From: Tubulanus polymorphus
Taxonomy: Eukaryota; Animalia; Nemertea
DNA: 64,000 nucleotides
Direction of reading: 5' to 3'
NCBI RefSeq assembly: GCF_964204645.1
Contig: NW_027437446.1
Span: 1-64,000, forward strand
Part shown: one piece after another, positions 23,222 to 35,400 of the stretch
How the letters are laid out: every line of letters starts with the position of its first letter
How positions within the stretch are numbered: the first letter of the stretch is position 1
Notes under the pieces: model-generated
What the model was told of the DNA's origin: nothing
What the model saw: the letters and a program-made list of their open reading frames with translations, nothing else
The model's database searches: none
Program-made: the position numbers and the translations under genes

Positions 23222-23564
23222 TTATACAAAATCTATGTCTTGGTGCCCTTTTTTTCACTCTTACCTTTGTATATGAAATAGAAATCACCAGAACATAATT
23301 CTTCTAAATCTTCACTTGATAACCTATGAAATCTATCTGGTAAATATGTTCTGAATTTGTATTTATTTCCTTTTAACCCTTCATATTCTAAGTGAATAAC
23401 TAATTTATCTCCATATTTGTTAGTAACTGTGTCAATATTTGTAATTAAATATTTCTTATGAATTGTTAAGTCTGTTTACTTTTTAAAATTATAATCTACT
23501 GATTTGACATTTGTAGTATCTTTAATTCTATTTAAGAATTCACTGTGTATTGTTTACTCTCCAT
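23222..23564 (-). pseudogene. Paralogue of the 13254..13607 small gene, frameshifted
   Basis: High nucleotide similarity to 13260-13630, including the upstream motif. Confidence 0.85.
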
Positions 23565-23607
23565 TTTAATAACATATTTTTTATTAAAATTGATTTTAGA
23601 AGTTATT

Positions 23608-23855
23608 CATATATCTATGTACAAGAGGTACGAGTAAGAATCCAAGAATTCTTACTTTCTTACTCGTACCTCTCGTACTTAGATATATGTTATTCATTTA
23701 TATGTTATTCATTTATCTGAATATTATTAGAGTAATTGGGAATAAGTTGTTTCAAGTCAAAGGTTGAGGGCGAGTGAGTAGAAAAATGTATTTCCTTTTT
23801 TTATATGAGCTCGACCTCTCGACCTTTGGCTTGAAACAAATTATTCCCAATTACT
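23608..23855. repeat. P2 terminal region: two long hairpins
   Basis: 23608-23640 pairs with 23657-23689. 23731-23773 (AGTAATTGGGAATAAG..) pairs with 23811-23855 (..TTATTCCCAATTACT). Confidence 0.88.
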
Positions 23856-26800
23856 GAAAAGCACATTTCGACTCGAAAACGTCGTTCAGCGCGAGTTTTC
23901 TCATCAAATTCTCCCCGTATCGGAAAAACGAAAATGTCGATGCGCAAAAGCGCTCAAATCGAAGGAAAAAGCACAATTCGACCCGAAAACGTCGTTCAGC
24001 GCGAGAAAAGACGTTTTCTCATCAAATTCTCCCGTATCGGAAAAACGAAAATGTCAATGCGAAAAGCGCTCAAATCGACGGGAAAAGCACATTTCGACCC
24101 GAAAACGTCGTTCAGCGCGAGAAAAGAAGTTTTCTCATCAAATTCTCCCCGTATCGGAAAAACGAAAATGTCGATGCGCAAAAGCGCTCAAATCGACGGG
24201 AAAAGTACATTTCGACCCGAAAACGTCGTTCAGCGCGAGAAAATACGTTTTCTCATCAAATTCTCCCCGTATCCGAAAAACGAAAATGTCGAGGCGCAAA
24301 AGCGCTCAAATCGACGGGAAAAGCACATTTCGACCCGAAAACTTCGTTCAGCGCGAGAAAAGACGTTTTCTCATCAAATTCTCCCCTTATCAGAAAAAAT
24401 GAAATTGTCGATGCGCGAAAGCGCTCAAATCGACGGGAAAAGCACATTTCGACCCGAAAACGTCGTTCAGCGCGAGAAAAGAGTTTTCTCATCAAATTCT
24501 CCCCGTATCGGAAAAACGAAAATGTCGATGCGCAAAAGCGCTCAAATCGACGGGAAAAGCACATTTCGACCCGAAAACTTCGTTCAGCGCGAGAAAAGAA
24601 GTTTTCTCATCAAATTCTCCCCGTATCGGAAAAACGAAAATGTCGATGCGCAAAAGCGCTTTAATCGACGGGAAAAGTACATTTCGACCCGAAAACGTCG
24701 TTCAGCGCGAGAAAATACGTTTTCTCATCAAATTCTCCCCGTATCGGAAAAACGAAAATGTCGATGCGCAAAAGCGCTCAAATCGACGGGAAAAGCACAT
24801 TTCGACCCGAAAACTTCGTTCAGCGCGAGAAAAGAAGTTTTCTCATCAAATTCTCCCCGTATCGGAAAAACGAAAATGTCGATGCGCAAAAGCGCTCAAA
24901 TCGACGGGAAAAGCACATTTCGACCCGAAAACTTCGTTCAGCGCGAGAAAAGACGTTTTCTCATCAAATTCTCCCCGTATCGGAAAAACGAAAATGTCGA
25001 TGCGCAAAAGCGCTCAAATCGACGGGAAAAGTACATTTCGACCCGAAAACGTCGTTCAGCGCGAGAAAAGACGTTTTCTCATCAAATTCTCCCCGTATCG
25101 GAAAAACGAAAATGTCGATGCGCAAAAGCGCTCAAATCGACGGGAAAAGCACATTTCGACCCGAAAACTTCGTTCAGCGCGAGAAAAGAAGTTTTCTCAT
25201 CAAATTCTCCCCGTATCGGAAAAACGAAAATGTCGATGCGCAAAAGCGCTCAAATCGACGGGAAAAGCACATTTCGACCCGAAAACTTCGTTCAGCGCGA
25301 GAAAAGAAGTTTTCTCATCAAATTCTCCCCGTATCGGAAAAACGAAAATGTCGATGCGCAAAAGCGCTCAAATCGACGGGAAAAGTACATTTCGACCCGA
25401 AAACGTCGTTCAGCGCGAGAAAAGACGTTTTCTCATCAAATTCTCCCCGTATCGGAAAAACGAAAATGTCGATGCGCAAAAGCGCTCAAATCGACGGGAA
25501 AAGCACATTTCGACCCGAAAACTTCGTTCAGCGCGAGAAAAGACGTTTTCTCATCAAATTCTCCCCGTATCGGAAAAACGAAAATGTCGATGCGCAAAAG
25601 CGCTCAAATCGACGGGAAAAGTACATTTCGACCCGAAAACGTCGTTCAGCGCGAGAAAAGACGTTTTCTCATCAAATTCTCCCCGTATCGGAAAAACGAA
25701 AATGTCGATGCGCGAAAGCGCTCAAATCGACGGGAAAAGTACATTTCGACCCGAAAACGTCGTTCAGCGCGAGAAAAGACGTTTTCTCATCAAATTCTCC
25801 CCGTATCGGAAAAACGAAAATGTCGATGCGCGAAAGCGCTCAAATCGACGGGAAAAGTACATTTCGACACGAAAACGTCGTTCAGCGCGAGAAAAGACGT
25901 TTTCTCATCAAATTCTCCCCGTATCGGAAAAACGAAAATGTCGATGCGCAAAAGCGCTCAAATCGACGGGAAAAAGACCATTTCGACCCGAAAACTTCGT
26001 TCAGCGCGAGAAAAGACGTTTTCTCATCAAATTCTCCCCGTATCGGAAAAACGAAAATGTCGATGCGCAAAAGCTCTCAAATCGACGGGAAAAGCACATT
26101 TCGACCCGAAAACGTCGTTCAGCGCGAGAAAAGACGTTTTCTCATCAAATTCTCCCCGTATCGGAAAAACGAAAATGTCGATGCGCGAAAGCGCTCAAAT
26201 CGACGGGAAAAGCACATTTCGACCCGAAAACGTCGTTCAGCGCGAGAAAAGACGTTTTCTCATCAAATTCTCCCCTTATCAGAAAAAATGAAATTGTCGA
26301 TGCGCGAAAGCGCTCAAATCGACGGGAAAAGCACATTTCGACCCGAAAACGTCGTTCAGCGCGAGAAAAGACGTTTTCTCATCAAATTCTCCCCGTATCG
26401 GAAAAACGAAAATGTCGATGCGCAATAACGCTCAAATCGACGGGAAAAGTACATTTCGACCCGAAAACGTCGTTCAGCGCGAGAAAAGAAGTTTTCTCAT
26501 CAAATTCTCCCCGTATCGGAAAAACGAAAATGTCGATGCGCAAAAGCGCTCAAATCGACGGGAAAAGTACATTTCGACCCGAAAACGTCGTTCAGCGCGA
26601 GAAAATACGTTTTCTCATCAAATTCTCCCCGTATCCGAAAAACGAAAATGTCGAGGCGCAAAAGCGCTCAAATCGACGGGAAAAGCACATTTCGACCCGA
26701 AAACGTCGTTCAGCGCGAGAAAAGAAGTTTTCTCATCAAATTCTCCCCGTATCGGAAAAACGAAAATGTCGATGCGCAAAAGCGCTCAAATCGACGGGAA

Positions 26801-29444
26801 AAGTACATTTCGACCCGAAAACGTCGTTCAGCGCGAGAAAATACGTTTTCTCATCAAATTCTCCCCGTATCCGAAAAACGAAAATGTCGAGGCGCAAAAG
26901 CGCTCAAATCGACGGGAAAAGCACATTTCGACCCGAAAACTTCGTTCAGCGCGAGAAAAGACGTTTTCTCATCAAATTCTCCCCTTATCAGAAAAAATGA
27001 AATTGTCGATGCGCGAAAGCGCTCAAATCGACGGGAAAAGCACATTTCGACCCGAAAACGTCGTTCAGCGCGAGAAAAGAGTTTTCTCATCAAATTCTCC
27101 CCGTATCGGAAAAACGAAAATGTCGATGCGCAAAAGCGCTCAAATCGACGGGAAAAGCACATTTCGACCCGAAAACTTCGTTCAGCGCGAGAAAAGAAGT
27201 TTTCTCATCAAATTCTCCCCGTATCGGAAAAACGAAAATGTCGATGCGCAAAAGCGCTCAAATCGACGGGAAAAGTACATTTCGACCCGAAAACGTCGTT
27301 CAGCGCGAGAAAATACGTTTTCTCATCAAATTCTCCCCGTATCGGAAAAACGAAAATGTCGATGCGCAAAAGCGCTCAAATCGACGGGAAAAGCACATTT
27401 CGACCCGAAAACTTCGTTCAGTGCGAGAAAAGAAGTTTTCTCATCAAATTCTCCCCGTATCGGAAAAACGAAAATGTCGATGCGCAAAAGCGCTCAAATC
27501 GACGGGAAAAGCACATTTCGACCCGAAAACTTCGTTCAGCGCGAGAAAAGAAGTTTTCTCATCAAATTCTCCCCGTATCGGAAAAACGAAAATGTCGATG
27601 CGCAAAAGCGCTCAAATCGACGGGAAAAGTACATTTCGACCCGAAAACGTCGTTCAGCGCGAGAAAAGACGTTTTCTCATCAAATTCTCCCCGTATCGGA
27701 AAAACGAAAATGTCGATGCGCAAAAGCGCTCAAATCGACGGGAAAAAGACCATTTCGACCCGAAAACTTCGTTCAGCGCGAGAAAAGACGTTTTCTCATC
27801 AAATTCTCCCCGTATCGGAAAAACGAAAATGTCGATGCGCAAAAGCTCTCAAATCGACGGGAAAAGCACATTTCGACCCGAAAACGTCGTTCAGCGCGAG
27901 AAAAGACGTTTTCTCATCAAATTCTCCCCGTATCGGAAAAACGAAAATGTCGATGCGCGAAAGCGCTCAAATCGACGGGAAAAGCACATTTCCACCCGAA
28001 AACGTCGTTCAGCGCGAGAAAAGACGTTTTCTCATCAAATTCTCCCCTTATCAGAAAAAATGAAATTGTCGATGCGCGAAAGCGCTCAAATCGACGGGAA
28101 AAGCACATTTCGACCCGAAAACGTCGTTCAGCGCGAGAAAAGACGTTTTCTCATCAAATTCTCCCCGTATCGGAAAAACGAAAATGTCGATGCGCAATAG
28201 CGCTCAAATCGACGGGAAAAGTACATTTCGACCCGAAAACGTCGTTCAGCGCGAGAAAAGAAGTTTTCTCATCAAATTCTCCCCGTATCGGAAAAACGAA
28301 AATGTCGATGCGCAAAAGCGCTCAAATCGACGGGAAAAGTACATTTCGACCCGAAAACGTCGTTCAGCGCGAGAAAATACGTTTTCTCATCAAATTCTCC
28401 CCGTATCCGAAAAACGAAAATGTCGAGGCGCAAAAGCGCTCAAATCGACGGGAAAAGCACATTTCGACCCGAAAACTTCGTTCAGCGCGAGAAAATACGT
28501 TTTCTCATCAAATTCTCCCCTTATCAGAAAAAATGAAATTGTCGATGCGCGAAAGCGCTCAAATCGACGGGAAAAGCACATTTCGACCCGAAAACGTCGT
28601 TCAGCGCGAGAAAAGAGTTTTCTCATCAAATTCTCCCCGTATCGGAAAAACGAAAATGTCGATGCGCAAAAGCGCTCAAATCGACGGGAAAAGCACATTT
28701 CGACCCGAAAACTTCGTTCAGCGCGAGAAAAGAAGTTTTCTCATCAAATTCTCCCCGTATCGGAAAAACGAAAATGTCGATGCGCAAAAGCGCTCAAATC
28801 GACGGGAAAAGTACATTTCGACCCGAAAACGTCGTTCAGCGCGAGAAAATACGTTTTCTCATCAAATTCTCCCCGTATCGGAAAAACGAAAATGTCGATG
28901 CGCAAAAGCGCTCAAATCGACGGGAAAAGCACATTTCGACCCGAAAACTTCGTTCAGTGCGAGAAAAGAAGTTTTCTCATCAAATTCTCCCCGTATCGGA
29001 AAAACGAAAATGTCGATGCGCAAAAGCGCTCAAATCGACGGGAAAAGCACATTTCGACCCGAAAACTTCGTTCAGCGCGAGAAAAGAAGTTTTCTCATCA
29101 AATTCTCCCCGTATCGGAAAAACGAAAATGTCGATGCGCAAAAGCGCTCAAATCGACGGGAAAAGTACATTTCGACCCGAAAACGTCGTTCAGCGCGAGA
29201 AAAGACGTTTTCTCATCAAATTCTCCCCGTATCGGAAAAACGAAAATGTCGATGCGCAAAAGCGCTCAAATCGACGGGAAAAGCACATTTCGACCCGAAA
29301 ACTTCGTTCAGCGCGAGAAAAGACGTTTTCTCATCAAATTCTCCCCGTATCGGAAAAACGAAAATGTCGATGCGCAAAAGCTCTCAAATCGACGGGAAAA
29401 GTACATTTCGACCCGAAAACGTCGTTCAGCGCGAGAAAAGACGT

Positions 29445-32400
29445 TTTCTCATCAAATTCTCCCCGTATCGGAAAAACGAAAATGTCGATGCGCAAAAGCG
29501 CTCAAATCGACGGGAAAAGTACATTTAGACCCGAAAACGTCGTTCAGCGCGAGAAAAGACGTTTTCTCATCAAATTCTCCCCGTATCGGAAAAACGAAAA
29601 TGTCGATGCGCAAAAGCGCTCAAATCGACGGGAAAAGTACATTTCGACCCGAAAACGTCGTTCAGCGCGAGAAAATACGTTTTCTCATCAAATTCTCCCC
29701 GTATCCGAAAAACGAAAATGTCGATGCGCAAAAGCGCTCAAATCGACGGGAAAAGCACATTTCGACCCGAAAACGTCGATCAGCGCGAGAAAAGAGTTTT
29801 CTCATCAAATTCTCCCCGTATCGGAAAAACGAAAATGTCGATGCGTAAAAGCGCTCAAATCGACGGGAAAAGTACGTTTCGACCCGAAAACGTCGTTCAG
29901 CGCGAGAAAAGAAGTTTTCTCATCAAATTCTCCCCGTATCGGAAAAACGAAAATGTCGATGCGCAAAAGCGCTCAAATCGACGGGAAAAGCACATTTCGA
30001 CCCGAAAACTTCGTTCAGCGCGAGAAAAGGCGTTTTCTCATCAAATTCTCGCCGTATCGGAAAAACGAAAATGTCGATGCGCAAAAGCGCTCAAATCGAC
30101 GGGAAAAGCACATTTCGACCCGAAAACTTCGTTCAGCGCGAGAAAAGGCGTTTTCTCATCAAATTCTCCCCGTATCGGAAAAACGAAAATGTCGATGCGC
30201 AAAAGCGCTCAAATCGACGGGAAAAGCACATTTCGACCCGAAAACGTCGTTCAGCGCGAGAAAAGACGTTTTCTCATCAAATTCTCCCCGTATCGGAAAA
30301 ACGAAAATGTCGATGCGCAAAAGCGCTCAAATCGACGGGAAAAGCACATTTCGACCCGAAAACTTCGTTCAGCGCGAGAAAAGACGTTTTCTCATCAAAT
30401 TCTCCCCGTATCGGAAAAACGAAAATGTCGATGCGCAAAAGCGCTCAAATCGACGGGAAAAGCACATTTCGACCCGAAAACGTCGTTCAGTGCGAGAAAA
30501 GACGTTTTCTCATCAAATTCTCCCCTTATCGGAAAAACGAAAATGTCGATGCGCAAAAGCGCTCAAATCGACGGGAAAAGTACATTTCGACCCGAAAACG
30601 TCGTTCAGCGCGAGAAAAGACGTTTTCTCATCAAATTCTCCCCGTATCGGAAAAACGAAAATGTCGATGCGCGAAAGCGCTCAAATCGACGGGAAAAGCA
30701 CATTTCGACCCGAAAACGTCGTTCAGCGCGAGAAAAGACGTTTTCTCATCAAATTCTCCCCTTATCAGAAAAAATGAAATTGTCGATGCGCGAAAGCGCT
30801 CAAATCGACGGGAAAAGCACATTTCGACCCGAAAACGTCGTTCAGCGCGAGAAAAGACGTTTTCTCATCAAATTCTCCCCGTATCGGAAAAACGAAAATG
30901 TCGATGCGCAATAGCGCTCAAATCGACGGGAAAAGTACATTTCGACCCGAAAACGTCGTTCAGCGCGAGAAAAGAAGTTTTCTCATCAAATTCTCCCCGT
31001 ATCGGAAAAACGAAAATGTCGATGCGCAAAAGCGCTCAAATCGACGGGAAAAGTACATTTCGACCCGAAAACGTCGTTCAGCGCGAGAAAATACGTTTTC
31101 TCATCAAATTCTCCCCGTATCCGAAAAACGAAAATGTCGATGCGCAAAAGCGCTCAAATCGACGGGAAAAGCACATTTCGACCCGAAAACTTCGTTCAGC
31201 GCGAGAAAAGAAGTTTTCTCATCAAATTCTCCCCGTATCGGAAAAACGAAAATGTCGATGCGCAAAAGCGCTCAAATCGACGGGAAAAGCACATTTCGAC
31301 CCGAAAACTTCGTTCAGCGCGAGAAAAGACGTTTTCTCATCAAATTCTCCCCTTATCAGAAAAAATGAAATTGTCGATGCGCGAAAGCGCTCAAATCGAC
31401 GGGAAAAGCACATTTCGACCCGAAAACGTCGTTCAGCGCGAGAAAAGAGTTTTCTCATCAAATTCTCCCCGTATCGGAAAAACGAAAATGTCGATGCGCA
31501 AAAGCGCTCAAATCGACGGGAAAAGCACATTTCGACCCGAAAACTTCGTTCAGCGCGAGAAAAGAAGTTTTCTCATCAAATTCTCCCCGTATCGGAAAAA
31601 CGAAAATGTCGATGCGCAAAAGCGCTCAAATCGACGGGAAAAGTACATTTCGACCCGAAAACGTCGTTCAGTGCGAGAAAATACGTTTTCTCATCAAATT
31701 CTCCCCGTATCGGAAAAACGAAAATGTCGATGCGCAAAAGCGCTCAAATCGACGGGAAAAGCACATTTCGACCCGAAAACTTCGTTCAGCGCGAGAAAAG
31801 AAGTTTTCTCATCAAATTCTCCCCGTATCGGAAAAACGAAAATGTCGATGCGCAAAAGCGCTCAAATCGACGGGAAAAGCACATTTCGACCCGAAAACTT
31901 CGTTCAGCGCGAGAAAAGAAGTTTTCTCATCAAATTCTCCCCGTATCGGAAAAACGAAAATGTCGATGCGCAAAAGCGCTCAAATCGACGGGAAAAGTAC
32001 ATTTCGACCCGAAAACGTCGTTCAGCGCGAGAAAAGACGTTTTCTCATCAAATTCTCCCCGTATCGGAAAAACGAAAATGTCGATGCGCAAAAGCTCTCA
32101 AATCGACGGGAAAAGTACATTTCGACCCGAAAACGTCGTTCAGCGCGAGAAAAGACGTTTTCTCATCAAATTCTCCCCGTATCGGAAAAACGAAAATGTC
32201 GATGCGCAAAAGCGCTCAAATCGACGGGAAAAGTACATTTCGACCCGAAAACGTCGTTCAGCGCGAGAAAAGACGTTTTCTCATCAAATTCTCCCCGTAT
32301 CGGAAAAACGAAAATGTCGATGCGCAAAAGCGCTCAAATCGACGGGAAAAGTACATTTCGACCCGAAAACGTCGTTCAGCGCGAGAAAATACGTTTTCTC

Positions 32401-35400
32401 ATCAAATTCTCCCCGTATCCGAAAAACGAAAATGTCGATGCGCAAAAGCGCTCAAATCGACGGGAAAAGCACATTTCGACCCGAAAACGTCGTTCAGCGC
32501 GAGAAAAGAGTTTTCTCATCAAATTCTCCCCGTATCGGAAAAACGAAAATGTCGATGCGCAAAAGCGCTCAAATCGACGGGAAAAGTACGTTTCGACCCG
32601 AAAACGTCGTTCAGCGCGAGAAAAGACGTTTTCTCATCAAATTCTCCCCGTATCGGAAAAACGAAAATGTCGATGCGCAAAAGCGCTCAAATCGACGGGA
32701 AAAGCACATTTCGACCCGAAAACTTCGTTCAGCGCGAGAAAAGGCGTTTTCTCATCAAATTCTCGCCGTTTCGGAAAAACGAAAATGTCGATGCGCAAAA
32801 GCGCTCAAATCGACGGGAAAAGCACATTTCGACCCGAAAACTTCGTTCAGCGCGAGAAAAGGCGTTTTCTCATCAAATTCTCCCCGTATCGGAAAAACGA
32901 AAATGTCGATGCGCGAAAGCGCTCAAATCGACGGGAAAAGCACATTTCGACCCGAAAACGTCGTTCAGCGCGAGAAAAGACGTTTTCTCATCAAATTCTC
33001 CCCTTATCAGAAAAAAATGAAATTGTCGATGCGCGAAAGCGCTCAAATCGACGGGAAAAGCACATTTCGACCCGAAAACGTCGTTCAGCGCGAGAAAAGA
33101 CGTTTTCTCATCAAATTCTCCCCGTATCGGAAAAACGAAAATGTCGATGCGCAATAGCGCTCAAATCGACGGGAAAAGTACATTTCGACCCGAAAACGTC
33201 GTTCAGCGCGAGAAAAGAAGTTTTCTCATCAAATTCTCCCCGTATCGGAAAAACGAAAATGTCGATGCGCAAAAGCGCTCAAATCGACGGGAAAAGCACA
33301 TTTCGACCCGAAAACGTCGTTCAGCGCGAGAAAATACGTTTTCTCATCAAATTCTCCCCGTATCGGAAAAACGAAAATGTCGATGCGCAAAAGCGCTCAA
33401 ATCGACGGGAAAAGTACATTTAGACCCGAAAACGTCGTTCAGCGCGAGAAAAGACGTTTTCTCATCAAATTCTCCCCGTATCGGAAAAACGAAAATGTCG
33501 ATGCGCAAAAGCGCTCAAATCGACGGGAAAAGTACATTTCGACCCGAAAACGTCGTTCAGCGCGAGAAAATACGTTTTCTCATCAAATTCTCCCCGTATC
33601 CGAAAAACGAAAATGTCGATGCGCAAAAGCGCTCAAATCGACGGGAAAAGCACATTTCGACCCGAAAACGTCGATCAGCGCGAGAAAAGAGTTTTCTCAT
33701 CAAATTCTCCCCGTATCGGAAAAACGAAAATGTCGATGCGTAAAAGCGCTCAAATCGACGGGAAAAGTACGTTTCGACCCGAAAACGTCGTTCAGCGCGA
33801 GAAAAGAAGTTTTCTCATCAAATTCTCCCCGTATCGGAAAAACGAAAATGTCGATGCGCAAAAGCGCTCAAATCGACGGGAAAAGCACATTTCGACCCGA
33901 AAACTTCGTTCAGCGCGAGAAAAGGCGTTTTCTCATCAAATTCTCGCCGTATCGGAAAAACGAAAATGTCGATGCGCAAAAGCGCTCAAATCGACGGGAA
34001 AAGCACATTTCGACCCGAAAACTTCGTTCAGCGCGAGAAAAGGCGTTTTCTCATCAAATTCTCCCCGTATCGGAAAAACGAAAATGTCGATGCGCAAAAG
34101 CGCTCAAATCGACGGGAAAAGCACATTTCGACCCGAAAACGTCGTTCAGCGCGAGAAAAGACGTTTTCTCATCAAATTCTCCCCGTATCGGAAAAACGAA
34201 AATGTCGATGCGCAAAAGCGCTCAAATCGACGGGAAAAGCACATTTCGACCCGAAAACTTCGTTCAGCGCGAGAAAAGACGTTTTCTCATCAAATTCTCC
34301 CCGTATCGGAAAAACGAAAATGTCGATGCGCAAAAGCGCTCAAATCGACGGGAAAAGCACATTTCGACCCGAAAACGTCGTTCAGTGCGAGAAAAGACGT
34401 TTTCTCATCAAATTCTCCCCTTATCGGAAAAACGAAAATGTCGATGCGCAAAAGCGCTCAAATCGACGGGAAAAGTACATTTCGACCCGAAAACGTCGTT
34501 CAGCGCGAGAAAAGACGTTTTCTCATCAAATTCTCCCCGTATCGGAAAAACGAAAATGTCGATGCGCGAAAGCGCTCAAATCGACGGGAAAAGCACATTT
34601 CGACCCGAAAACGTCGTTCAGCGCGAGAAAAGACGTTTTCTCATCAAATTCTCCCCTTATCAGAAAAAATGAAATTGTCGATGCGCGAAAGCGCTCAAAT
34701 CGACGGGAAAAGCACATTTCGACCCGAAAACGTCGTTCAGCGCGAGAAAAGACGTTTTCTCATCAAATTCTCCCCGTATCGGAAAAACGAAAATGTCGAT
34801 GCGCAATAGCGCTCAAATCGACGGGAAAAGTACATTTCGACCCGAAAACGTCGTTCAGCGCGAGAAAAGAAGTTTTCTCATCAAATTCTCCCCGTATCGG
34901 AAAAACGAAAATGTCGATGCGCAAAAGCGCTCAAATCGACGGGAAAAGTACATTTCGACCCGAAAACGTCGTTCAGCGCGAGAAAATACGTTTTCTCATC
35001 AAATTCTCCCCGTATCCGAAAAACGAAAATGTCGATGCGCAAAAGCGCTCAAATCGACGGGAAAAGCACATTTCGACCCGAAAACTTCGTTCAGCGCGAG
35101 AAAAGAAGTTTTCTCATCAAATTCTCCCCGTATCGGAAAAACGAAAATGTCGATGCGCAAAAGCGCTCAAATCGACGGGAAAAGCACATTTCGACCCGAA
35201 AACTTCGTTCAGCGCGAGAAAAGACGTTTTCTCATCAAATTCTCCCCTTATCAGAAAAAATGAAATTGTCGATGCGCGAAAGCGCTCAAATCGACGGGAA
35301 AAGCACATTTCGACCCGAAAACGTCGTTCAGCGCGAGAAAAGAGTTTTCTCATCAAATTCTCCCCGTATCGGAAAAACGAAAATGTCGATGCGCAAAAGC

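Larger units (their letters stand above)
18086..23855 (-). mobile_element. Second Polinton copy P2 (right-hand 5.8 kb), more decayed
   Basis: Collinear paralogues of PolB, the ZnF region and the small gene. The terminus TCGACCTTTGGCTTGAAACAAATTATTCCCAATTACT resembles the P1 end. Confidence 0.9.
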
